Shown: positions 18,121 to 27,640, counted from the first letter of the stretch. The stretch is 64,000 nucleotides of DNA from an uncultured delta proteobacterium (GCA_963775425.1 CAVZJB010000004.1:224001-288000); one strand, 5' to 3'. Numbers and translations: made by a program. The notes: generated from the sequence alone by a model not told the origin.

Positions 18121-19001
18121 GGCTTCCTCAGGGCTTCGACGTCGTTCGGGCCGTAGCGGGGGACGCTCGCGTGCACGTCGACGTCGCTGGGGCCGAGGGC
18201 GTACGCGAGGCCGAGGGCGAGGGCGCCGCCGGCGAGGACGGCGCCGCCGCCCCCGAGCCAGACCCACAGCGACGACGCGGGCGCGTCCTCGAGCACCACC
18301 GGGAGCGGCGCGGTCTTGCCCGCCTTCACCACCGCGTGCGCCACCCACGGCACCTTGCCCGGCGCGTCGACCTTCACGTCGTGCGGCCCGATGGCGAGGC
18401 CGCCGACCGTGGCGCCGCGCGCCTCGCTCGTGCGGTCGACGCCGTCGACGAGGACCACCGCGTCCGCCGGCAGCCCCTTGAGCGAGAGCGCGCCCGGGGG
18501 CCGCGCCTTCGCCTCGAGCATCAGCGTGTCCGCGGCGGCGCGGACGACGTCGGGGAGCTCCTTGTCCGGCCCCGCCCACGTCATGGACACGCGGTTCACC
18601 ACCACGATGGCCTTGGCGTTCAACAGCGTGAGCGACACGAGCGCGGCGCCGTCCGCCGCCCGCTCGAGCCCGCCGGCGACGACGAGCTCCGCGTCGAGCG
18701 CCTGCGCGATCTCGGCGAGGCAGCCGCTGTCGTCGCAGCCGGCGAGCGCCTTGTTCGCCTCCTGGTCGAGCGCCGTGCGCACCTCCTCGGCCGAGAGCAC
18801 CTGGTAGCCGGGCACCGCCGCCGCCTCCGCCGCAACGATCTGGCCGAGGCTCGTCTTCACGCCCGCGTAGGCGGGCGCGGCCTTGAGGTCCATCAGCATC
18901 ACCCGGACGTGGTCGCCGCCGGCTGCGCAGGCGTCGTCGCCGGACGCGCCCAGGAGCGACCCGGTGACGGCGACGACCGCGAGCGCGAGGGAGGCCCCCA
19001 T
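18117..19001 (-). CDS. Secreted PEGA-domain protein with a TolB-N/CsgG-like N-domain and a C-terminal TM
   Basis: Signal peptide; GCDDSGCLAEIAQALDAELVVAG; P.DA.V.VDG...GPHDVKV.APG (PEGA-like); hydrophobic tail. Confidence 0.7.
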   Translation of the reverse strand: MGASLALAVVAVTGSLLGASGDDACAAGGDHVRVMLMDLKAAPAYAGVKTSLGQIVAAEAAAVPGYQVLSAEEVRTALDQEANKALAGCDDSGCLAEIAQALDAELVVAGGLERAADGAALVSLTLLNAKAIVVVNRVSMTWAGPDKELPDVVRAAADTLMLEAKARPPGALSLKGLPADAVVLVDGVDRTSEARGATVGGLAIGPHDVKVDAPGKVPWVAHAVVKAGKTAPLPVVLEDAPASSLWVWLGGGGAVLAGGALALGLAYALGPSDVDVHASVPRYGPNDVEALRKP

Positions 19002-19067
19002 GCCGCCGGTGTACCACGCACGATCGGCGACCGCAGAGCGCGGCCGCGCTGATCCGGACGCGCCCGC

Positions 19068-20378
19068 TCAGGGCCGGCCGATGCCCACGTACGCGAAGCC
19101 CTTGTCCCGCAGCGCGTCGGGCGCGTAGATGTTGCGGCCGTCGAAGACCACGGGGCCGGGCGGCTCGGGCGCCATGCGCTTTTTGATGTCGTCCCAGTCG
19201 GGCATGCGGAACTCGGCCCACTCCGTCATCAGCACCACGCCGCTCGCGCCGTCGACGGCGGCGTACTCGTCCTCGACGAAGGTGACCTTGTCGCCGAAGC
19301 GCGCCTTGGCGTTCTTCATGGCGGCGCGGTCGTAGGCGCGCACCTTGGCGCCCGCGGCGAGGAGCCCTTCCATGAGCGGGATGGAAGGCGCCTCGCGGAT
19401 GTCGTCCGTGCGCGGCTTGAACGCGATGCCCCACACGGCGAACGTGCGCCCGGCGAGCGCCCCGCGGAAGCGCTCGACGATCTTTTCGAGCATCACGCCG
19501 CGCTGCCGCTGGTTGGCCGCCTGCGTCGCCTCGATGATGCCGAGGGGGACGCCGGCTTCGCGCGCGGAGTGAAGGAGCGCGCTCACGTCCTTCGGGAAGC
19601 ACGAGCCGCCGTAGCCGACGCCGGGGTACAGGAAGGACTTGCCGATGCGCGAGTCCGTGGAGATGCCGTGGCGCACGTCGTCGATGCTCGCGCCCACCTG
19701 CTCGCAGAGGCCCGCGAGCTCGTTCATGAAGGAGATGCGCACGGCGAGCATCCCGTTGGCGGCGTACTTGACGAGCTCCGCCGAACGGGTGCCCATGTGG
19801 AGGATGCGCAGCTCGCGCAGCATCAGCGGGCGGTACAGGCGCTCGAGCACCTCGCGCGCGTGGGGATCGTCGGTGCCGATGATGATCCGCTCGGGCTTCA
19901 AGAAGTCGGCGACGGCGTCGCCCTCCTTCAGGAACTCGGGGTTCGACGCCACGGCGATGGCGTGTTTGGCCCCGGCGACCGCCTCGCGGAGCTTCTCGGC
20001 GGTGCCCACCGGCACCGTGGACTTGGTGACGAGGACGAGCGGCCCCGTGGCCGCCTGCGCCACCTGCCTCGCGGCGTCGAAGATCATCGAGAGGTCGGCC
20101 CCGCCGTCGCTGCCCGGCGGCGTGCCCACCGCGAGCATGGCGACGTCGGCGCCGGCGACGGCGTCCGCGAGGACGGTGGTGAACGACAGGCGCGCGGCGC
20201 CCTCGTTGCGCTTGATGAGCTCCTCGAGCCCGGGCTCGTAAAACGGCACCTGTCCGCTCTTCAGGGCCGCGATCTTGGCGTCGTCGACGTCGACGCACAC
20301 GACCTCGACGCCCGCGTCCGCGAGCCCCGCCCCGGTCACGAGCCCGACGTATCCGGTTCCGACGACACACACCTTCAT
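19068..20378 (-). CDS. ugd: UDP-glucose 6-dehydrogenase
   Basis: VVGTGYVGL, YEPGL, KSTVPVGT, NPEFLKEG, GYGGSCFPKD, AFKPRTDDIREAP, DGRN. Confidence 0.95.
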   Translation of the reverse strand: MKVCVVGTGYVGLVTGAGLADAGVEVVCVDVDDAKIAALKSGQVPFYEPGLEELIKRNEGAARLSFTTVLADAVAGADVAMLAVGTPPGSDGGADLSMIFDAARQVAQAATGPLVLVTKSTVPVGTAEKLREAVAGAKHAIAVASNPEFLKEGDAVADFLKPERIIIGTDDPHAREVLERLYRPLMLRELRILHMGTRSAELVKYAANGMLAVRISFMNELAGLCEQVGASIDDVRHGISTDSRIGKSFLYPGVGYGGSCFPKDVSALLHSAREAGVPLGIIEATQAANQRQRGVMLEKIVERFRGALAGRTFAVWGIAFKPRTDDIREAPSIPLMEGLLAAGAKVRAYDRAAMKNAKARFGDKVTFVEDEYAAVDGASGVVLMTEWAEFRMPDWDDIKKRMAPEPPGPVVFDGRNIYAPDALRDKGFAYVGIGRP

Positions 20379-20424
20379 GCCGCCTTGTTGCCCCACGGGG
20401 CCGGCGAGGGCAAGGTCCGCGCCC

Positions 20425-21840
20425 ATGCCCCCCTCCTGCCGGCGCTTGTCCCTCCCGGCGCTCGCCCTCGTCGCGCTCGCCGCTTCGTCGTCGCGCGCGG
20501 ACGAGGGGAGGTTCCAGGACTTCGCCGCCGGCGCCCGCGCCGCGGCCCTCGGCGGCGCCTACGGGGCGCTCTCCGACGACGCCACCGGCGTGTTCTACAA
20601 CCCCGCCGGCCTCGTCGACGTGCGCACCGCGCGGCTGAACGTGGCCACGAGCCTCTACGGCCTCGAGCTCATCGGGGCCACGCCCATCGAGAGCGACCTG
20701 TTGCGCCGCGGCGTCACGCCGGCGGACCTCATCTTCGTCCCGTCGTCGACGGGCTACGTGCAGGGCGTCGGCGACACCCTCCCTTCGGGTGCGTACGAGG
20801 ACGCCGTCGCCGTCGGCACCCTCGTCCCCGAGTACACCTCGCGCTTCTCCGAGGACGTCCCCAAACAGCTCGACGGCACGCGCTACCGCTCCGCCCTCAC
20901 CGACCGCCGCCTGGTCGGCGGCGCGGCGTGGGCGCACCGCCTCGGGCCGTGGCTGCGCGTCGGCATCGCGGGCCACTACCTCCTGCGCACGCTCGACGAC
21001 GAGGAGAGCCTGGTCTCCGGCGACCTCGGCGTCCCCGGCGCCTTCGTCGACGCCTCCACGCGGCTGCGCATGAGCAACCACGCCGTCCGCGCCGTCGCGG
21101 GCGCCAAGGTCTGGCTCGGGCCGCGCACCACGCTCGGGCTCGCGGTCACCACGCCCGCGTTGAGCCTCTGGCGCGACGCCTCCTTCGAGCGCGTCGTCGC
21201 CTCCTCCGCGGGCGGCGACGACCCCGGCCGCTACGACGCGGACCGCGTCGGCGCCTCCGGCTTCGAGATGCAAAGCGACGTCCCGGGCGGCGCGCGGCTC
21301 GGCTTCGCGTTCACGGAGCCCGCGAGCTACACCGTCGCCGTCGACGTCACCGGGTGGCTGCCCGCCTCCTACGACGTCATCTCCGACAAGCTCCTCGAAA
21401 ACGTCGCCGTCACCCGCGTGCCGGTGCCGCTCCACGTCGATCGCGACGCGGTGCTGAACGTCGCCGTGGGCGTCGACGCGCTCCTGTCCGACGACCTGTC
21501 CCTCGCCGTCGGCGCGTTCACCAACTTCACCGGCGCTCCGCCCCTCGACGTCGACAAGAGCGGCGCGCTCCTCCCGTCGAGCTCGCGCCTGTCGCGCGTG
21601 AACATGATCGGCGGCTCGCTCTCGCTCGGCTTTCACGGCCAGTTCAGCGTCACGCGCATCGGCCTCACCGGCTCCGCCGGCTACGGCGACATCGTCAGCC
21701 CGGCGGCGCCCGACGCGCGCTTCCTTCAGGAGGGCCCGCCGCTCGTGAAGGACAGCGAGGCGCAGACGCTCATCTACCTGTTCTGGTCGTCGACGTTTCG
21801 CTTCGGCGAGGAGTCCAGCGGCCGCGACTACACGCTCTAG
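20425..21840 (+). CDS. FadL/OmpP1-like outer-membrane beta-barrel protein
   Basis: Signal peptide followed by GARAAALGGAY.A..DDAT..FYNPAGL, the FadL/PorV-type N-terminal motif. Confidence 0.75.
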   Translation: MPPSCRRLSLPALALVALAASSSRADEGRFQDFAAGARAAALGGAYGALSDDATGVFYNPAGLVDVRTARLNVATSLYGLELIGATPIESDLLRRGVTPADLIFVPSSTGYVQGVGDTLPSGAYEDAVAVGTLVPEYTSRFSEDVPKQLDGTRYRSALTDRRLVGGAAWAHRLGPWLRVGIAGHYLLRTLDDEESLVSGDLGVPGAFVDASTRLRMSNHAVRAVAGAKVWLGPRTTLGLAVTTPALSLWRDASFERVVASSAGGDDPGRYDADRVGASGFEMQSDVPGGARLGFAFTEPASYTVAVDVTGWLPASYDVISDKLLENVAVTRVPVPLHVDRDAVLNVAVGVDALLSDDLSLAVGAFTNFTGAPPLDVDKSGALLPSSSRLSRVNMIGGSLSLGFHGQFSVTRIGLTGSAGYGDIVSPAAPDARFLQEGPPLVKDSEAQTLIYLFWSSTFRFGEESSGRDYTL

Positions 21841-22265
21841 AGCATCACCACCAGCGCGAGCGCGCCCATGGCGAGCGCGACGGCGCCGGCCACCACGGTG
21901 ATGACGCCGTTGCGGTCGTCTTCGACGCGCGTCCCGCACAGCGCGCGCGGAGCAGGCGCGGGCAGGTTCGAGGGCTGAACGGCGTGGCGCAGCACGACGT
22001 CGGGGATCACGGGCTCGAGGCCGCCGGCGCGCATGCGCACGGCCACGTCGCGCACGCAGCTCGCCGCGAGGCCGTGGGGGGCGACGCGGGCGAGGCAGTG
22101 AAACAGCGGCATGAGGTCACCGCCGCGGGCCATGCTCGACGCGAGCGCGCGGCGGGCGACCGCGACGTCGAGCGGGGCGCTCCACGACGGCCGGCCGCAC
22201 AGCGTGCGCACCAGGGCGTCGTCGAGCCACGGCGGGAGCGCGACCGCGGTCTCAGTCGGCGTCAT
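21837..22265 (-). CDS. Hypothetical protein with a C-terminal TM
   Basis: 142-aa ORF with GC3-rich codons and a hydrophobic C-terminus. Confidence 0.55.
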   Translation of the reverse strand: MTPTETAVALPPWLDDALVRTLCGRPSWSAPLDVAVARRALASSMARGGDLMPLFHCLARVAPHGLAASCVRDVAVRMRAGGLEPVIPDVVLRHAVQPSNLPAPAPRALCGTRVEDDRNGVITVVAGAVALAMGALALVVML

Positions 22266-22447
22266 GGGTCACCTCGGCGTCCTCGACGACGTCCCCCTCG
22301 TCGGAGAGGTCGACGTCGCCGACGACGGTCGCGTCGTCGGTCTCCACGATCACCCGCAGGTTGACCGCATGGGCGGCGGGACCCGCGCGATCCAAGAATC
22401 TCACGGAGCGCCTCGAGGGCCTGGTTGGCGAGCATGGCCGTGTTCAT
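22252..22447 (-). CDS. Small acidic protein (about 64 aa) interrupted by an apparent +1 insertion
   Basis: Removing one T from GAGATTCTT gives MNTAMLANQALEALREILDRAGPAAHAVNLRVIVETDDATVVGDVDLSDEGDVVEDAEVTHDAD with typical codon usage throughout. Confidence 0.5.
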
Positions 22448-22579
22448 ACGGACGATTAGATTCAATCGGTGTGCCAGCCAACGTGCGCGCCCTGACGCCG
22501 CCGCCAGGGTTTTGACGTGCGGTTCCCCCCGGCGCCTGTGCCCGCTCGCTCGGCCCCCCGCCACCGACATGTCGGCTCG

Positions 22580-23221
22580 TCAGCGCGCCCCTCGCAGCAG
22601 CGCGCGCAGGGCGCCGGCGGCACGCTCGCCCGGGCGGTTGCAGGCGATGACATCGACGATGGCCTCCGCCGGCACGGCCCGCGCGAGGATCACGCCGTTC
22701 GGCGCGCGGAAGATCGTGAAGCCCGCCGCGCGCACCGCCGCCGGCGAGACCGCGAGCAGCACGTCGACGCCGGCGCGCTTGCCGACCCTGGCCCGCTCGC
22801 TCTCGGCGAGGTGCACGTGGCTGCGCTCCATGGCGCGCAGCCCTTCGACACAGATGGCGGCAGCGACGGCGGCGTGGGTGCCGTGGAAGAGCAGCTCGTC
22901 GCCGGCGACGGTCTCCCACGTCGCCTCGAGCCCCTCGAGGGTGACCGGCGTGCCGCTCGAGTGGCCCTGGCAGGCGCGGATGCGGGCCCCGGGCAGCGCG
23001 GCGCTCACGGCGCCTGGCGCGAGCGTCGGGCCGCGCAGCTCGTAGCGGCCCTTGTCGTTGTCCCGCACCACCTCGTCGAGCGCGGCGGGCGTCATGCGCA
23101 CCAGGCGCAGGACGTCGTCGACGGCGGCGAAGCCGGCGCCGTCCATGGAAAGCCCGCTCTCGATCGCCCCGTGGCGCAGGAGCCACGCGAGCCTCTTGCT
23201 CTTGTTCTTCACGTCGTTCAC
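22580..23221 (-). CDS. kptA: RNA 2'-phosphotransferase (Tpt1/KptA)
   Basis: SK.LAWLLRH, NDKGRY, IRACQGHS, LFHGT, GL..M.R.HVHLA, NGVILA..VP. Confidence 0.92.
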   Translation of the reverse strand: MNDVKNKSKRLAWLLRHGAIESGLSMDGAGFAAVDDVLRLVRMTPAALDEVVRDNDKGRYELRGPTLAPGAVSAALPGARIRACQGHSSGTPVTLEGLEATWETVAGDELLFHGTHAAVAAAICVEGLRAMERSHVHLAESERARVGKRAGVDVLLAVSPAAVRAAGFTIFRAPNGVILARAVPAEAIVDVIACNRPGERAAGALRALLRGAR

Positions 23222-23302
23222 GGCGTCCTCCTCGGCGCGACCGGCTCGACGCTCAGGAGAGCACCTGCGTTCACCGTCTGCTCTCGAATGTCGATAGCTG
23301 TC

Positions 23303-23317
23303 ATCACGATCTATGAT
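23303..23317. promoter_or_regulatory. Putative LysR-type binding site (T-N11-A) overlapping a -10 box
   Basis: ATCA-N7-TGAT dyad (ATCACGATCTATGAT) between the divergent kptA and LysR genes; it includes TATGAT 5 nt before the LysR GTG. Confidence 0.55.
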
Positions 23318-23322
23318 TCCTC

Positions 23323-24237
23323 GTGGACTCCGACGACCTCCGCGCCTTCGCCGCGTTCGCCGACACGCTGAGCTTCACCCGCGCGGCCGAGCGCGTGCAC
23401 CTGTCGCAGCCCGCGGTGTTCGCGGTGGTGAAGCGGCTCGCGGAGGACGTCGGCGTCGCGCTCTACGACAAGCGCGGCCGCGCCCTCGCGCTCACGCGCG
23501 CCGGCGAGCGGCTCGCGGCCCACGCGCGCGACGTCGTCGACGCCGAGCGCGCGCTGCGCGCATCCCTCGACGGCGAAGGCGACGGCGCGGTCTGCGTCCT
23601 CGCCTGCGGTGAGGGCGCGCTCGTGCACGTGGTGGGCGAGGGCGTGGCCGCGTTCGTGCGCGCGCACCCGCGAGCGCTCCGCGTGCGCATCGCCGACGGC
23701 CAGGGCGCCCTCGAGGCCGTTCGCCGCGGCGGCGCCCACGTCGCCGTCGTCGCCGGCGGCGCCGCCGACGACGACCTCGTCGCCCGCCCCATCCGCACGA
23801 GCCGCGTCGTCGCCGTCGCCGCGCGGGAGATCTGGGACGCCCTGCCGGCGCCGCCCGGCGCCGATCGCGGCGAGGCCGGCGCGCGCAGGCCGTCGTCGTC
23901 GCGCGCCCGCGCCGCGGCGATGCCGATCGCCGCGCTCGCGCGGGCGCCGCTCATCCTCCCCCCGCGCGGACGCCCGCTCCGCGCCGCCGTCGACGACGCG
24001 CTCGCCGCGCGCGGGCTCGAGGCCACCGTCGCCGTCGAGGCCTCCGGCTGGAGCGCGCTGGTGGCGCTCGCGCGGCTCGGCTGCGGCCTGGCGCTCGTCA
24101 ACGACGTCGTGCCCACGCCCGGCCTGGTCGCGCGCCCGGTGTCCGGCCTCGCGCCGGTCGTCTACCGCGTGGTGAGCCGCCGCCGTCGCAGCGCGCTCGC
24201 TGCGGCGCTCGTCACGGCGCTCGCGTCGCAGGCTTGA
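23323..24237 (+). CDS. LysR-family transcriptional regulator
   Basis: LRAF..FAD.LSFTRAAERVHLSQPAV...VKRL.EDVGV.LY.K.GR...LT.AG; about 300 aa. Confidence 0.93.
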   Translation: MDSDDLRAFAAFADTLSFTRAAERVHLSQPAVFAVVKRLAEDVGVALYDKRGRALALTRAGERLAAHARDVVDAERALRASLDGEGDGAVCVLACGEGALVHVVGEGVAAFVRAHPRALRVRIADGQGALEAVRRGGAHVAVVAGGAADDDLVARPIRTSRVVAVAAREIWDALPAPPGADRGEAGARRPSSSRARAAAMPIAALARAPLILPPRGRPLRAAVDDALAARGLEATVAVEASGWSALVALARLGCGLALVNDVVPTPGLVARPVSGLAPVVYRVVSRRRRSALAAALVTALASQA

Positions 24238-24243
24238 CGCGCG

Positions 24244-25611
24244 TCAGCCGCCGGGCTGGAAGACGAACGAGTTCGAGATGGTGACCTCACCGTCCGACGG
24301 CGCCGGGAAGCGGATGCGCCGCAGCGTGTTCAGCACGCACTGCGCGACCTCCGCGGAGCCGAGGCCGTCCTTGACCACGCGGGCGTCCGTGACGCGGCCG
24401 CGCTCGGCGATGGTGAACTCGACGACGAGCTTGCCCTGGAGCTTGGAGTTCGCCTTGAGGGCGCTCTCGTAGCAGGCCTGGAACGCGTCCTGGCGGCGCC
24501 GGATGGTGGCCGCCACGCCCTTCTTGTCCACACGCCCGTCGACCGCCTCGACGTCGGAGGCGTGGACGCGGGCGACGATGCGCGCCGCGTGCTTGTGGCC
24601 GGTGTCGACGGCGCCGCCGCCGCCGGTGGAGAGCACGCCGATGTCCGCGGCGCCGCCGCAGCCGCCGCCGCAGCCGCCGCCCGCGCCGCCGCCACCCTCG
24701 CCGCGGCGGGTGACGCCGCCGCCGCCCGAGGCGATGCCGACGCCTGCGGTCCCCTGCAGCGCGCTGCCGATGTCGTCGGAGATGGCGGAGCCGCTGCCGA
24801 AGACGGAGCCGACGGCGCCGCCGCCGCCGCCGCCGCGGCCGCCGATGAGCTGGAGGATGCCGCGACCGGCGATGGCCTCGCGCAACGCGGCGCGGTCGTG
24901 GCCCATGCCGCCGCCGCCGCCCTTCTTGCCGCCGCCACCACCACCGCCGCCGCCGCCGCCGTCCTCGTGCTTCACCGGCTCCTTGCCGACGCCGACCTTG
25001 ACGTTGGTCTCGACGTTGATGGGGACCTTGGGCACGTCGAGCTTGGGCGGCGTGATGGTCTCCACGATCTTGCGCAGGTCCTCGATCTCCGGCGGCTTCG
25101 CCGGCTCCGCGACCTTGACGATGATGCCGAACGCCGCGTGCAGCAGGAACGACGCGAGCAGCACCGCCGTGAAGATGGGCTCGATCTGCCCGAAGAGGCC
25201 GCTCTTCAGGTTGACCGGCAGCTCGGGCGCCGGCGCCGCCGGCGGCGCGGGCACGAAGTGGAACAGGACGGTGATCTCGTTGGAGAGCTTGATGCGCCCA
25301 CGCGCGGTCTCGTCGAGAGGGACCTTGAACTTGTCGCCGGACTTCTCGGCGCTCGGCTGCAGCTCCGCGAGCTTGGCGCCCTGGCCCGGGTGCCGCTCCA
25401 CCTGGCCGGACTGCTCGCTGCCGAAGGCGAGGTAGTACTTGTCGCCCTTGACCTCGAACACGGTCACCGAGCGCGGCAGGTCGCTGCCCTGCAGGACGAA
25501 GGTGTTCCCGGGCGCCGTGCCGAACGACACGGGTCCGCGCGTGCGCACGAGGCGCTCCTCGATGACGTTCACCCCCTGGATGACGCCGATTCGAAGGACC
25601 TTGTCGCTCAT
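24244..25611 (-). CDS. GltG/AgmX/PglI-like TonB-type transducer
   Basis: N-terminal cytoplasmic domain, single TM with SxxxH (ASFLLH), Gly-rich linker, C-terminal I.....FQACYE.AL.....LQGK..V.F.I...G.V...C....RFP.P domain. Confidence 0.85.
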   Translation of the reverse strand: MSDKVLRIGVIQGVNVIEERLVRTRGPVSFGTAPGNTFVLQGSDLPRSVTVFEVKGDKYYLAFGSEQSGQVERHPGQGAKLAELQPSAEKSGDKFKVPLDETARGRIKLSNEITVLFHFVPAPPAAPAPELPVNLKSGLFGQIEPIFTAVLLASFLLHAAFGIIVKVAEPAKPPEIEDLRKIVETITPPKLDVPKVPINVETNVKVGVGKEPVKHEDGGGGGGGGGGGKKGGGGGMGHDRAALREAIAGRGILQLIGGRGGGGGGAVGSVFGSGSAISDDIGSALQGTAGVGIASGGGGVTRRGEGGGGAGGGCGGGCGGAADIGVLSTGGGGAVDTGHKHAARIVARVHASDVEAVDGRVDKKGVAATIRRRQDAFQACYESALKANSKLQGKLVVEFTIAERGRVTDARVVKDGLGSAEVAQCVLNTLRRIRFPAPSDGEVTISNSFVFQPGG

Positions 25612-25665
25612 GACGAAAACACCTCGAACCCTCCGACAACCCCCGCGCGCGGCGGGTTCTCGAGC

Positions 25666-26367
25666 TTACTGCGGACGGATCACGGCGAAGCGGAAGTCTG
25701 CAAACCCCGAGTCGCCACAGGTCACCAGGACGTCTGTAAGCACTCGGTAAGGTGTGCGTTTGTCGGCGAGGATGATCACCTTGCCGTCGAATTTCGAGCC
25801 AGTCACCTGCGCGGTCACCTCCTTGATCTCCTTGGCGCGCTTGAGCGCCTCGCGCAGCGGGACGATGACGAAGTTCCCCGTGGCGGGGTCCTTGATGTTG
25901 TCCGGGACGCGGTAGGTCTTGGGGTCGAGCTCTGCGACGGGCTTGCCGTCGACGACGATGCGCGGGGTCACCAGGCTCACCTGCACCACGCCCTTCACGG
26001 TGCGCTTCTGCTGCGGCCCCGTGATCATGACGATGGTGGCCTCTTCGATGGCGCCGCAGCCGTCCGGAGGCTTCTCGTCGGCCTTGAGGGTGGCGTCGGG
26101 GATACAGATGGAGTGCGGCAGCTCGATGCTCGGCTCCTTCACCTCGACGGGGTTCGTGGCGAAGGTCTTCAGCAGATAGACGAGGAGCATCGTGACCATG
26201 TCGGTCAGCGACGTGATGGAGATGGGCGGCGTCTTCTTGAGTGGGCGGCGGCCGCGCTTGCTGTTCTTCTTCTTCTTCCCGCCCTGCGCGCGCACCTCGG
26301 CCGGCCAGCCCTTGTAGGCCCCCGTGCCGTCGCCGATGCCGTCGCCGATGCCGTCCGAGCCGCTCAT
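25666..26367 (-). CDS. ExbD/TolR family protein (AglS-like)
   Basis: ISITSLTDMVTMLLVYLL TM with the conserved Asp; IILADKRTPYRVL..VL.T. Confidence 0.88.
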   Translation of the reverse strand: MSGSDGIGDGIGDGTGAYKGWPAEVRAQGGKKKKNSKRGRRPLKKTPPISITSLTDMVTMLLVYLLKTFATNPVEVKEPSIELPHSICIPDATLKADEKPPDGCGAIEEATIVMITGPQQKRTVKGVVQVSLVTPRIVVDGKPVAELDPKTYRVPDNIKDPATGNFVIVPLREALKRAKEIKEVTAQVTGSKFDGKVIILADKRTPYRVLTDVLVTCGDSGFADFRFAVIRPQ

Positions 26368-26368
26368 G

Positions 26369-26932
26369 TCAGCCGACCACCCCTGCGGCGAACGCGACGC
26401 CGGGGAACAGGAGCTTCCCGTCCGACGACTTGCGCGCGGCGTCCATGGTCTGGACGACGACGTCGTAGGGCACGTCCCCATCCGCCGAGATGATCATGCT
26501 CTCCTCGGTCGGGAACGTCTTCTTGATGTCGATGAGCCTCTTTTGCAGCCCGGCGAAGTTGTAGGTCGACTCCGTCTTGCCGTTCTCGGTGACGTTGACC
26601 TTGGGCAGCAGCGGCTGACCCGGGCGGCCCTCGCTGTTGCCGTCGAGGGTGGCCCCCGTGGCGGCGATGTTGAAGCCGTCCTTGAGGATGAACACGGTCA
26701 GGTTCAGTTGCGACTGCGGCGCGGTGTCGGTGGCGCCGCTGCCGACGCTGTCCGAGCCGCCGATCTGCGGCGCCTGCACGTTGAGCATGGCGAGCTGCGT
26801 CCACGCCGTCATCGCGAGGATGGACAGGATGAGCATGAACATCACGTTCAAAAACGGCGTGACGTCGAGGTCGAGGGGCTCGTCGTCCCCTCCCTCGTTG
26901 CGGTGGCGTCGCGCGGACGGCTTGGGCGCCAT
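26369..26932 (-). CDS. ExbD/TolR family protein (AglQ-like) with Asn at the conserved TM Asp
   Basis: LDVTPFLNVMFMLIL TM; IISADGDVPYDVVVQTMDAAR...LFP.V.F. Confidence 0.88.
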   Translation of the reverse strand: MAPKPSARRHRNEGGDDEPLDLDVTPFLNVMFMLILSILAMTAWTQLAMLNVQAPQIGGSDSVGSGATDTAPQSQLNLTVFILKDGFNIAATGATLDGNSEGRPGQPLLPKVNVTENGKTESTYNFAGLQKRLIDIKKTFPTEESMIISADGDVPYDVVVQTMDAARKSSDGKLLFPGVAFAAGVVG

Positions 26933-26940
26933 GGGATGCT

Positions 26941-27591
26941 CTAGCCTTCTCCACCCTCGAGGCCGCCCTTGCCGCGGGTGATGAGGAGGTTTTCGAGCTT
27001 CACCGAGTAGAAGTCGAGCTCGTCGATGATCTTCTTCTGCATGCCGTTGAGCATGAGGTGGGCGAAGAGCGTCGGGATGCCGACGAGGAGACCGAACGCC
27101 GTGCAGTTCATGGCCTCCGCGATGGCGCCGGTGAGGATGGCGGCCTTCTCCGCGGCGGGGGCGTTGGACACCGCGCGGAACGCGCCGATGAGGCCGAACA
27201 CGGTGCCGAGGAGGCCGGCCAGGGTGGCCAGCGACGCGAGCGTGGCCAACGTGCCCGAGCGCTTGGTGAGCTGGGGCATCACCTCGAGCGAGGCCTCCTC
27301 GATGGCGTTTTGGATCTCGATCTCGCCCTTGTTGGCGCGCGTGAGGCCGGCCTTGATGACGCGCGCCAACGCCGCGAACGGCGCGGCGTTACAGAGCTTG
27401 ATGGCGCGGTCGATGTTGTTGGCCATCACCAGCTTCTGGATCTGGGCCATGAACGCAGCGCCGTTGATGTTGTAGCGGAAGAAAATGAAGATCACGCGCT
27501 CGGCTGTGATGCCGAGCGAGAGAAACGAGATGAAGGCGATCGGGATCATCCACAATCCACCTTCTTTGAAAAAGTTGATGATGTTCGACAT
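26941..27591 (-). CDS. MotA/TolQ/ExbB proton channel protein (AglR-like)
   Basis: GG.WM.PI, LATLAGLLGTVFGLIGAF, IAEAMNCTAFGLLVGIP. Confidence 0.92.
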   Translation of the reverse strand: MSNIINFFKEGGLWMIPIAFISFLSLGITAERVIFIFFRYNINGAAFMAQIQKLVMANNIDRAIKLCNAAPFAALARVIKAGLTRANKGEIEIQNAIEEASLEVMPQLTKRSGTLATLASLATLAGLLGTVFGLIGAFRAVSNAPAAEKAAILTGAIAEAMNCTAFGLLVGIPTLFAHLMLNGMQKKIIDELDFYSVKLENLLITRGKGGLEGGEG

Positions 27592-27640
27592 CGCTTCGTT
27601 CCTCTCGCCGCCAGCAGCCTAGCGCACCCGCGCAGCTCGC

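Noticed and set aside
16723-21939. Apparent giant 1738-aa protein, and similar over-long ORFs 27969-31553, 48794-51751, 52043-55840 and 58489-61746
   Set aside because: Only the 3' portions have coding-like composition; the upstream parts are off-frame or antisense to other genes, so the starts were trimmed.
22262-22570. 102-aa ORF ending in an Arg-rich tail with ATGA overlap to the next gene
   Set aside because: The tail has off-frame composition, while the alternative frame after GAGATTCTT has typical GC3 codons; the overlap can arise by chance.
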